From Thermoplasmata archaeon (GTDB lineage Archaea > Thermoplasmatota > Thermoplasmata > Halarchaeoplasmatales > Halarchaeoplasmataceae), in assembly GCA_003552585.1 (NCBI GenBank), contig PUNK01000035.1, positions 93 to 64,092 on the forward strand: a DNA stretch of 64,000 nt, in the 5' to 3' direction. Position 1 is the stretch's first letter, and each line of letters starts with the position of its first letter. Position numbers and translations under genes: made by a program. Below are positions 28,579-36,111 of this stretch, one piece after another. The notes beneath the pieces were generated by a model. That model did no database searches. It was not told the origin of the DNA and saw only the letters and a list, made by a program, of their open reading frames with translations.

Positions 28579-29618
28579 TCGATCAGTTCCCCCGTCAGGA
28601 TCACCCTTCTTTTTTTGAGATCATCTACCGACCTGCAGCCGGTGAGGAACATGGTCGCTCTTAATCCTGCTATCACACTTCGCAGATATTTTATGACTTC
28701 CTCCTTAGGGCTGGTAACAGATGGAAGGACTCCTCCAGCTATTCCAGCTATATCCGCTCCAAGGGATATCGCCTTTGCAATATCTATCCCCGTCCTGATA
28801 CCTCCTGTAGATATCAACGGCAGATCTGATGATCTCCTACATTCTAGTATTGATACGGGTGTGGGTATTCCCCAGTCCCATAACGCTTCAGCAATTTCTT
28901 TTCTGACTCCTTGTCGATAATATTCAACGGCTGAAAAAGACGTTCCCCCCATACCACCGACATCTATTGCTTTAACTCCGGTATCAGTTAAGGAAACAGC
29001 CATCTCTTCTGAGATACCTGCCCCAGTCTCTTTCGCTATCACTGGAAGTTCATCACATATCTTAGAAAGGGCTGAAAGTACTCCTTCACTTTTTGTATCT
29101 CCTTCTGGTTGGACAACCTCTTGCAGGTAATTGAAATGTACTGCTAGATAATGTCCACCTATCATCTTCATAGCTTCCTCACACTTTTCGATCCCAAATG
29201 CCTCAGAACCTTCCTGAGGTATCAATTGGGGTGCTCCGATATTGCCTATCACCAGAGGTGGGTCGTATTCTTTAATCACTTCGTAAGTTTTTCTTAAATC
29301 TTCATTCTCCAATGCGGCACGTTGACTTCCGACGCCGAATGGTATGCCGATCTTTTCAGCTGCATAAGCCAACCTTTCATTTACCTTTCTTGCACCTGCA
29401 TATCCACCTGTGATCGCAGATATCATTATAGGTGCTTCGAGTTTTTTACCAAGGAATTCTGTTTCCAAAGAGATATCTGAGTGATCTACTTCCGGAGCGG
29501 CGTTATGAAACAATTTTACCATGTTCCAGTAATCTTTTTCTATCTCGACTTTTTCTTCTAAACATATCCTCATATGATCTTCTTTCCGTGATTCGATCAT
29601 GGTCTCACCTCTGTACAA
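28560..29618 (-). CDS. fni: isopentenyl-diphosphate delta-isomerase type 2 (FMN-dependent)
   Basis: N-terminal RKEDHMRICL and TIM-barrel FMN oxidoreductase layout of IDI-2. Confidence 0.85.
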   Translation of the reverse strand: MYRGETMIESRKEDHMRICLEEKVEIEKDYWNMVKLFHNAAPEVDHSDISLETEFLGKKLEAPIMISAITGGYAGARKVNERLAYAAEKIGIPFGVGSQRAALENEDLRKTYEVIKEYDPPLVIGNIGAPQLIPQEGSEAFGIEKCEEAMKMIGGHYLAVHFNYLQEVVQPEGDTKSEGVLSALSKICDELPVIAKETGAGISEEMAVSLTDTGVKAIDVGGMGGTSFSAVEYYRQGVRKEIAEALWDWGIPTPVSILECRRSSDLPLISTGGIRTGIDIAKAISLGADIAGIAGGVLPSVTSPKEEVIKYLRSVIAGLRATMFLTGCRSVDDLKKRRVILTGELIEWTGGD

Positions 29619-30343
29619 ATAGTTTTTTTTCCTTCAAGAAGGGTTGAAAGTCTTCCAGGAACGCTTCCATTCACTATATAAGTGGGACATTTTTCAGCGA
29701 TGTTTAACATAAGACGGGTTTTTCGTTCCATCCCTCCTGTGACATCGACTCCTTCTCCACTTTTTAGAAAATCGTCATCTCTCAATGGAAGCATATCGGG
29801 ATCAAACATATCCACGATCTCTCCCTCTTTATATATCCCATCAACATCGGTCACAAATATGGCGGTATCAGCTAAAGGAGCTAAGCCCAACATCAGGTCG
29901 TCTCCAGAACATATGGTCACCTGTCGCTTATGGTCTATAGCAACATCTCCGAATGTTACGGGGATTGCTCCTAGATCAAGATAATCTTTTACGATCTTTG
30001 TGTTGATCTCCTTCATATCACCATCTTCAAAGGTGGTGATCATACCCCCTGGAATCGATACAGCCCAAAGGTTGTTTTCCAGCATCAGATCTATTATTTT
30101 AAGATTGAATACCCTCATCGCCTTCTGAACTTCAGCAGTACCTCTCGCTGGTTCTTTCGGAGAGGGTGAATTGAGTTCGTAACGCATCGCTCCTGGATGT
30201 CCAAAACTTCCTCCTCCATGTACAATAACCAACTCGTCAACCGAATCCATCTCTTTTACAAGTCTCTCAGCTGTTTCATTCTTGAAAGAGAACGGTTTGT
30301 TCTTGTCGGTCAATACGCTTCCCCCCAATTTGATCAAGATCAA
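29597..30343 (-). CDS. isopentenyl phosphate kinase (amino-acid-kinase fold)
   Basis: ILIKLGGSVLTDK N-terminus and HGGGSFGH motif. Annotated start is TTG. Confidence 0.8.
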   Translation of the reverse strand: MILIKLGGSVLTDKNKPFSFKNETAERLVKEMDSVDELVIVHGGGSFGHPGAMRYELNSPSPKEPARGTAEVQKAMRVFNLKIIDLMLENNLWAVSIPGGMITTFEDGDMKEINTKIVKDYLDLGAIPVTFGDVAIDHKRQVTICSGDDLMLGLAPLADTAIFVTDVDGIYKEGEIVDMFDPDMLPLRDDDFLKSGEGVDVTGGMERKTRLMLNIAEKCPTYIVNGSVPGRLSTLLEGKKTICTEVRP

Positions 30344-30348
30344 GTGTA

Positions 30349-30510
30349 TTACCTGTCCTTTTTTCTACTACAAATGGCAAATTCATCGCCATCAAAAAAG
30401 ACCTCACGGTCAGGATACTCTTCTTGCAGGTCATTTATCATCTTCTGGATATCTTCCAGAGTGATCTCGTCGTCATTTCTATCTATCCTTTTGTGGATCC
30501 TTTTGTCCAT
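30349..30510 (-). CDS. hypothetical 53-aa protein upstream of the IPK/IDI-2/GGPPS operon (below ORF-track threshold)
   Basis: Translated by hand: MDKRIHKRIDRNDDEITLEDIQKMINDLQEEYPDREVFFDGDEFAICSRKKDR. Ends 6 nt before the IPK start. Confidence 0.3.
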   Translation of the reverse strand: MDKRIHKRIDRNDDEITLEDIQKMINDLQEEYPDREVFFDGDEFAICSRKKDR

Positions 30511-30880
30511 TTGGATTCCTCAAACTTACGGGATAGATAGGTATGTCACTACTTATATTTTTTTGGTGTTTGTAAAGAGCTAAATCAGTAAATTTTCTTA
30601 GAAAACATCGATCTGAGCGTATGACAAATTGGGAAATAATTAAGTTATCATATCTTAAATTAGCTGCTCACGGCGAGCGATAGGTATAAATAGTATGCGA
30701 TAGCTATATTCATGTCTGACGATGGTATGACAAAGGATGGGATATCATATGACAAAGAAAATGTCGTTCTGGGATAAAGTAGACGAATACAAGTATTTGA
30801 TAATGTACTATGTGTATTTTGCCACTTGTTTGACCGTGGCCTTGTGGCTGGCTAAACCTTTCGACTTATTGGTTTCGATG

Positions 30881-31834
30881 CTAAGTTAAGGAAAGAACGG
30901 TTTGGGCTATCGACTCCGCACTGTTGTATTTTGGTTTCCAACCAAGTGAGTTCAACTTATCGATGGAAAGACGCATAGCCTTCACATCCCCTTTCCAGCC
31001 CCGACCATCTCCTGCACCACCGGTCCAACTGTATTGTACATCCTCTAATCCCATCTCTCTGCAGACAATATCCGCGATCTCCTTTACACTGATACTATCT
31101 TCAGAACCCAGGTTATAATAATCGACTTTTTTATCGCTTTTTTCAGTGGCATAAAGCATTCCATCGATACAGTCAGATATGTGGAAATAAGATTTTATGG
31201 TTCCAGGAGGGCTTCCGAGTATCTCAAGTTTATGAGGATCATCTTCCAGCTTTTTGACAAAGTCGTAAGTGACACCGTGAGTACTTCTTGGACCTACTAC
31301 GTTAGCGAATCTAAAATGAACTGACTTCATGTTGAAGGTGTGACAATATGCCGAAATGAGAGCTTCGCAAGAAAGTTTGGATGCACCGTACAATGAAATC
31401 GGTTCAAGTGGACCAAATGATTCTGGTGTAGGTATAACATCGGTCTCTCCGTACACGGTGGAAGTGGATGTAAAAACAATATCTTTTGTTCCAAGCTCCC
31501 TCATAGCTTCCAGTATGTTGTAAGTGGCTAAAACATTCTGCTCCAGATGAACATATGTATCGCTCGCCCCAAGTCTTACATCAGGGTTAGCTGCAAGATG
31601 AAAGACCATGTCGCATCCTTCCATCTCCTTCTTTAATCTGTCTGTATCTAAAACATCTGCTATTATCAGGTCGAAAGAGTCGTTATCTTCGAGATGTTCT
31701 ACCATCTCTATTTTCCCTGATGATAGATTATCGTATCCTTTGACATAGTTATCTTCAACCAGGGCATCTGCTAGATGGCTTCCGATAAATCCAGCTGCTC
31801 CGGTTAACAGTATTTTTCGTCCTTTTATTTTCAT
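30881..31834 (-). CDS. NAD-dependent nucleotide-sugar epimerase/dehydratase
   Basis: Rossmann motif LLTGAAGFIGSHL and YxxxK in the SDR-extended fold. Confidence 0.8.
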   Translation of the reverse strand: MKIKGRKILLTGAAGFIGSHLADALVEDNYVKGYDNLSSGKIEMVEHLEDNDSFDLIIADVLDTDRLKKEMEGCDMVFHLAANPDVRLGASDTYVHLEQNVLATYNILEAMRELGTKDIVFTSTSTVYGETDVIPTPESFGPLEPISLYGASKLSCEALISAYCHTFNMKSVHFRFANVVGPRSTHGVTYDFVKKLEDDPHKLEILGSPPGTIKSYFHISDCIDGMLYATEKSDKKVDYYNLGSEDSISVKEIADIVCREMGLEDVQYSWTGGAGDGRGWKGDVKAMRLSIDKLNSLGWKPKYNSAESIAQTVLSLT

Positions 31835-32643
31835 GTGCTTTCCTCCTTCTCGGCTAAATAATTTTTAGTGAAAAAATACAAGAAAACCAATATTGTAATC
31901 ACAACTAAAAGCGATCCTATACCCTGGAAGATACTGCTTCTAAATGCACGGAGTATAGCATCACCAACGAAGTAAGAGGTACTTGCGATCAGAAAACAGC
32001 CTGTAAATGATCCAATTATTATCGAAAACCACGTATGGTATTTGTTCATACCTATCACTCTACCCATTATAGAAGCTCCCACACCTCCACTTCCCTGGAA
32101 TGGGATCACCACGAAAAGAGCTATACCTAGATAAGCTAGCTTTTTGATCCATGGTTTTTCTTTCATTTTTTGAGCACCGAAGTTCTGGAATCGAACGATC
32201 CAATCGCCAATTAACGGAATCTTTTCAGCGATATAGAAATTCCACAGTAGGAAATATGAGGTTATAATATCGACGAACGCTATTGAGCTGGCAACAAGAA
32301 AGATGATTTGATGAGGGGCATAGAGTCCTTTTCTAGTTAATTCTGTAACCACTATCGGTATGACACTTTCCTTACCAGCAGGGGGGAAGAAGTATGCGAA
32401 GATGCCTCCACCCATCACCCAGAAGGTTGAGCCATTGGGGATGATAAGGTACAGTAAATAGATGTAAGTGAACCCGATCAGGAATGGATTGAAGAAAAGG
32501 AATAGTTTACCCCATATCGTTTTAAAGAACCCGTCTTCTTCGTATAATGTATCATCCATCGTTATAGGGAACTCATGGCTATTAAAATAACTTTTGGATA
32601 TTCTTAAAAAGAAACGGGTATCAATGCATGGTCCTTTTGCCAC
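31831..32643 (-). CDS. polytopic membrane protein (COG2426 / small multidrug export-like)
   Basis: About 6 TM segments. The first 28 codons overlap flpA, so the real start is probably MDDTLY at ~32559. Confidence 0.45.
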   Translation of the reverse strand: MAKGPCIDTRFFLRISKSYFNSHEFPITMDDTLYEEDGFFKTIWGKLFLFFNPFLIGFTYIYLLYLIIPNGSTFWVMGGGIFAYFFPPAGKESVIPIVVTELTRKGLYAPHQIIFLVASSIAFVDIITSYFLLWNFYIAEKIPLIGDWIVRFQNFGAQKMKEKPWIKKLAYLGIALFVVIPFQGSGGVGASIMGRVIGMNKYHTWFSIIIGSFTGCFLIASTSYFVGDAILRAFRSSIFQGIGSLLVVITILVFLYFFTKNYLAEKEEST

Positions 32644-33233
32644 CTGGATATCACGATAGGTTCCTTCACATCCAAGCCATTTTCTTTAAGTTCTCTTTTC
32701 ACTTCCTGATAGATCTTTGTCGGCTCCTTACTAATATCGATGCTGCGCGCTTTAACGGCTATCATACCCAGTGCTCCTTTTTTTAGGACACCTATGTTTT
32801 TCAAGAAGATGTTCGACTGGTCCCGTTGTGCTATATCTTGGTACAAAAAGTCGACCTTATCAACTATATCGTTGTAGTTACCAGGATGTCTTGCATCGGC
32901 AAGGATAGGAAAAATGTTGGGCCGTTTTTGGGATAATGAAAGCAGCTTTCTATAGGCTGTGGGGGATACCTCAACTGCAAAGATGCGTCCACTGGCTGCC
33001 ATGTCTGAAAGATGACTGACCGTGGTCCCTTGACCGGCACCTAGGTAAAGGATATCGCTATCTTCTTTAATCTGTAGATTTCCTCCTAGCTTGAGATATG
33101 CCGAAAGTTTACTCCTATGTGGATTCCAGTGCCTATATTCTACACCATCGAAGCTTCGTAATTCTTCCCCGTAAACGGCCTTTCCGGGAACAAGATTCTT
33201 GGTAAAATACTCGCCACTGTGTTCTTTTATCAT
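32604..33233 (-). CDS. flpA: fibrillarin-like rRNA/tRNA 2'-O-methyltransferase
   Basis: ILYLGAGQGTTVSHLSD SAM-binding motif and GMIAVKARSID. Near full-length similarity to archaeal FlpA. Confidence 0.85.
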   Translation of the reverse strand: MIKEHSGEYFTKNLVPGKAVYGEELRSFDGVEYRHWNPHRSKLSAYLKLGGNLQIKEDSDILYLGAGQGTTVSHLSDMAASGRIFAVEVSPTAYRKLLSLSQKRPNIFPILADARHPGNYNDIVDKVDFLYQDIAQRDQSNIFLKNIGVLKKGALGMIAVKARSIDISKEPTKIYQEVKRELKENGLDVKEPIVISRWQKDHALIPVSF

Positions 33234-34321
33234 CTCATCTCTTCTATAACTTGTGGGAATTCTTCTGCAAATACCTCGATTTCCTCTTGAGGTATGGTGA
33301 ATGAAACTCTTATGAAATTTTCACCGGCGGTCTTCGAAACATAAGTTCCCGCCCGCACGAAGATATCGTGTTCCTTCAACAGGACCTCCTGTACATCATC
33401 AGGATGTAACCCGGTTTCCTCTATATCGATTATGAACATGTTTGTGTTGGAAGGGTAAACCGGCAGGTGAGTCCCATCCGTTTTTTCGACAGCTTCCTTT
33501 ATTATGGCTTGATTTTTTCGAGATTGTTCAAGCATGTCCGAAAGCCACTCATCCTTCGTTTCAAGTGCTACTTTTGCACCAACCTGGGCGAGGATATTGG
33601 AAGATAATGGATTCGACCTGTATCTACTTATTTCATCGAACATATGATCAGGGGTTATCAACGAACCTAAACGCATTCCTGCAAATCCACAGTTTTTGGA
33701 GAAAGAGTAGATTATCAGAGTCCTTTCCGGTACGAAATCGGTTGCAAGAGTATGGTCGAAAGCAAAATCTCTGTATGTGATATCGTCTATTACCCATAGG
33801 TCGTTGTCCTCGGCTATCTCAGATATGCCTTTAACTTCATCTCTCGTATACGAACTTCCTAGAGGATTAAGGGGATCGATCAAAAGTATAGCCTTCGTTG
33901 AATCATCCACCCTTTCGTTTATGTTCTCCACGGTCATACGATAGGGCTCTCGATAGACGTTTATCTCCTCGAGGTTCGTTTTACAGAGTTCTATCTGATG
34001 ATGGATCGGCATGAAGCTTGGGTCCGAAGCGATAACACTATCACCTGGATCGAACAGCGCTCGAGTCATGAAATAACTCGCTTCGATCGCACCATTGGTG
34101 ATGATACTGCCGAACCCTTCTTCAAGGCCGAGATCTCTTAGAAGGGCTTCTTTCAACCCCTTCAATCCCTGCTGATGTGGGTAAAGGGCGTATTTTCTTT
34201 CTTTCACAGCATCTATGATCGCCTCTTGGATGAGGGGTGAAGTTTCCAACTCATTCGTATTCTGGCTCATCCAGATTATTTCATCTTCCCGGTCGTGAGC
34301 ATATCTAAAGGGATCTTCCAT
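33230..34321 (-). CDS. class I/II PLP-dependent aminotransferase
   Basis: SFSKNCGFAGMRLG (SxSK PLP-lysine motif); 363 aa. Confidence 0.75.
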   Translation of the reverse strand: MEDPFRYAHDREDEIIWMSQNTNELETSPLIQEAIIDAVKERKYALYPHQQGLKGLKEALLRDLGLEEGFGSIITNGAIEASYFMTRALFDPGDSVIASDPSFMPIHHQIELCKTNLEEINVYREPYRMTVENINERVDDSTKAILLIDPLNPLGSSYTRDEVKGISEIAEDNDLWVIDDITYRDFAFDHTLATDFVPERTLIIYSFSKNCGFAGMRLGSLITPDHMFDEISRYRSNPLSSNILAQVGAKVALETKDEWLSDMLEQSRKNQAIIKEAVEKTDGTHLPVYPSNTNMFIIDIEETGLHPDDVQEVLLKEHDIFVRAGTYVSKTAGENFIRVSFTIPQEEIEVFAEEFPQVIEEMR

Positions 34322-34374
34322 TCAAACACCAGGGAAGGGAGGAGAACTACTTGTATAAGATATTTGGGTGCAGA

Positions 34375-34387
34375 AAATTATTTATTA
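34375..34387 (+). promoter_or_regulatory. putative archaeal TATA box/BRE for tRNA-Glu
   Basis: AAATTATTTATTA lies 23-35 nt upstream of the tRNA 5' end and is preceded by purine-rich CAGAAAA. Confidence 0.45.
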
Positions 34388-34409
34388 CCGCTCCCTTTTG
34401 AGCACGTTG

Positions 34410-34505
34410 GCTCCTGTGGTGTAGTCCGGCCAATCATTTCGGCCTTTCGAGGCCGATCCCGGCCGTAGATAGCCGAATACCTGGGTTCGAATCCCAGCAG
34501 GAGCA
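34410..34505 (+). tRNA. tRNA-Glu(UUC) with a 21-nt intron (mature length 75 nt)
   Basis: Hand-folded: acceptor GCTCCTG/CAGGAGC. D-arm GTGTAGTCCGGCCAATCAT is typical of archaeal tRNA-Glu. Anticodon stem TCGGC/GCCGA, loop CTTTCGA (anticodon TTC). T-arm CTGGG-TTCGAAT-CCCAG. Discriminator A. Confidence 0.75.
34450..34470 (+). other. tRNA intron (inserted at/after position 37-38 of the anticodon loop)
   Basis: Removing the 21 nt (AGGCCGATCCCGGCCGTAGAT) restores a canonical 7-nt anticodon loop and 5-bp stem. The intron duplicates the GGCCGA of the stem, consistent with a bulge-helix-bulge fold. Confidence 0.55.
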
Positions 34506-34507
34506 TT
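34489..34507 (+). repeat. direct repeat copy 1 (3' end of tRNA-Glu, GAATCCCAGCAGGAGCATT)
   Basis: Identical 19-mer recurs at 34596-34614. Confidence 0.7.
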
Positions 34508-34595
34508 AAAATTTTTTTAATGCGACTATAGTGATGAGAACCTCGGTTCGTGAACAAATTTACAATTTGTGAGCGTTTGGAATCTTTTCCGAACA

Positions 34596-34614
34596 GAATC
34601 CCAGCAGGAGCATT
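34596..34614 (+). repeat. direct repeat copy 2, att-like partial duplicate of the tRNA-Glu 3' end
   Basis: GAATCCCAGCAGGAGCATT, 88 bp downstream of copy 1, in non-coding DNA. Confidence 0.7.
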
Positions 34615-34714
34615 TTAAACTCTTCAAAAGTGCAAGTAAGTGGAAAAATCCTCTTATTTTTCAACGAAGGAGTATACCTTTTTAGCGTTCTTTTCTACTC
34701 TTTTATTCTAATTG

Positions 34715-35650
34715 TCAATTTTCCCCAAGCACATTGATAAGATAACCCATGGTCTCGATATCTTTTCTGTTATGCTCTATTATGGGTATCAGTGTACCTG
34801 GATTTTTCTTACGCAAGTAAATCTCGTAAAAATGTGGTACCAACGCGCTGGAAATATCCTGTTCTCTTTTATGTCCAAGAACGTGTTCCTCTAAAGTGAC
34901 CAGTTTGTGGTTTGGAACATTTTTCAGTTTTCCTCTAACCATATGTAAAAGATCGAAGTGAGGTTCTTCAATCTCTCCTTCGATACCTAAAACGTCCATC
35001 CTCTCTCTGATAAATCTAGAATCAAAACTTCTTCCGTTAAAACTGACAAGGTATTTTTTCCTTTTTTTCTCTTTTAAAAACTCAAGGATAACGGCAGCTT
35101 CTTCATCCAAGTCTCTAGCAAAGTATTGTCTTATATCCAATCGTCCATTTGACCAGGTTCCAACACCTATAAGAAATGCGGGTCTATATCTGAGACCCAT
35201 TGTTTCAATATCGAAGAAGAGCAGCTCTTCTGGTTCAACCAATCCCATCAGTGCATGTGTTAAAGGATGTGATATGCTGTGCCACCTCTCGATCCTTTTT
35301 TGTAGTCTTCGTACATTTTTTACTTCTAGATCTTTGAGGATAGGCTTTACCTTTTCACAATAACAATCGTCATCTCGCAACTTATCCAGTCGATCTAAGC
35401 CACAGCTTTTCAGAGAGTTCACCGTTTTTGGTCCCACCCCTTTAATCAATCTTAAGTCATTCATTATGGCATTTTTTGCATATTCTTCTGATGGGAGTTT
35501 AAGCTCCATCCTTCCTCCCGATTCGATCATGTAATAGCATCCTCTCGTATTGAGCAGTTCTTCTCCCTGAACTACTTCTTCCAACTTTTGGTCCCGGTGC
35601 TCTGACATCAACCTCCATTTCAACTTTTCGATCTTGTAAATATCTGACAT
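34715..35650 (-). CDS. DEDD-type 3'-5' exonuclease domain protein with HhH motif (RNase H-like, YprB-like)
   Basis: HhH LIKGVGPKTVNSL. Exo motifs FFDIETMG (I), SFNGRSFD (II) and IIEHNRKDI (III). Confidence 0.6.
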   Translation of the reverse strand: MSDIYKIEKLKWRLMSEHRDQKLEEVVQGEELLNTRGCYYMIESGGRMELKLPSEEYAKNAIMNDLRLIKGVGPKTVNSLKSCGLDRLDKLRDDDCYCEKVKPILKDLEVKNVRRLQKRIERWHSISHPLTHALMGLVEPEELLFFDIETMGLRYRPAFLIGVGTWSNGRLDIRQYFARDLDEEAAVILEFLKEKKRKKYLVSFNGRSFDSRFIRERMDVLGIEGEIEEPHFDLLHMVRGKLKNVPNHKLVTLEEHVLGHKREQDISSALVPHFYEIYLRKKNPGTLIPIIEHNRKDIETMGYLINVLGEN

Positions 35651-35666
35651 TTAGCTATATCCCCTT

Positions 35667-36098
35667 TTATCTTACTTCTAAATTATCTTTTAGTCCCCTG
35701 ATCTTTTTCACCACTGTATCAGGGTCAGCTACACCTTTGAAGGTGACCTTGATCTCCCCGTAAGTTCCTATCCTTACATCTCCAAAGTTGATCAGTTCAC
35801 CCAGATTTCCCTTGTATATGCTGACCGACTTAACATCTTCAATATCCTGCTTTTCCATCCCCTTACCAAGGTGCAGCGATCTATTACTGTAAACACCTTT
35901 GTTTGTTATCCAATAGTCGGAAGTTAGCTTATCCAAGGAGATAATGACAAACAGTGCAAGCCCGAGTAAGAATAAAATGGGGAATACGAGTCCAAAGAAG
36001 ATCCAAAACAAAGCTGAAACTAACCAAAGTGTGTAACTCTTCCAACACCTTTGACCGTACCAAATAACCTTCTTATCTTTCAGTCCTTTTTTTATCAT
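35667..36098 (-). CDS. membrane-anchored bacterial-type PH-domain (bPH_2/DUF304-like) protein
   Basis: Two N-terminal TMs followed by a ~90-aa beta-rich domain resembling YdbT/bPH. Confidence 0.45.
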   Translation of the reverse strand: MIKKGLKDKKVIWYGQRCWKSYTLWLVSALFWIFFGLVFPILFLLGLALFVIISLDKLTSDYWITNKGVYSNRSLHLGKGMEKQDIEDVKSVSIYKGNLGELINFGDVRIGTYGEIKVTFKGVADPDTVVKKIRGLKDNLEVR

Positions 36099-36111
36099 AT
36101 ATCATTCTCCG

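Noticed and set aside
30197-30583. 128-aa plus-strand ORF
   Set aside because: It overlaps the IPK start and the small leader ORF on the opposite strand. Hydrophobic, low-complexity, no motifs.
34439-34456. Alternative tRNA fold using the hairpin TCGGCC-TTTCGA-GGCCGA as the anticodon arm
   Set aside because: It gives a 6-nt loop and leaves a 20-nt unexplained insert before the T-arm. The intron model restores a canonical 7-nt loop with UUC anticodon and a 75-nt tRNA.
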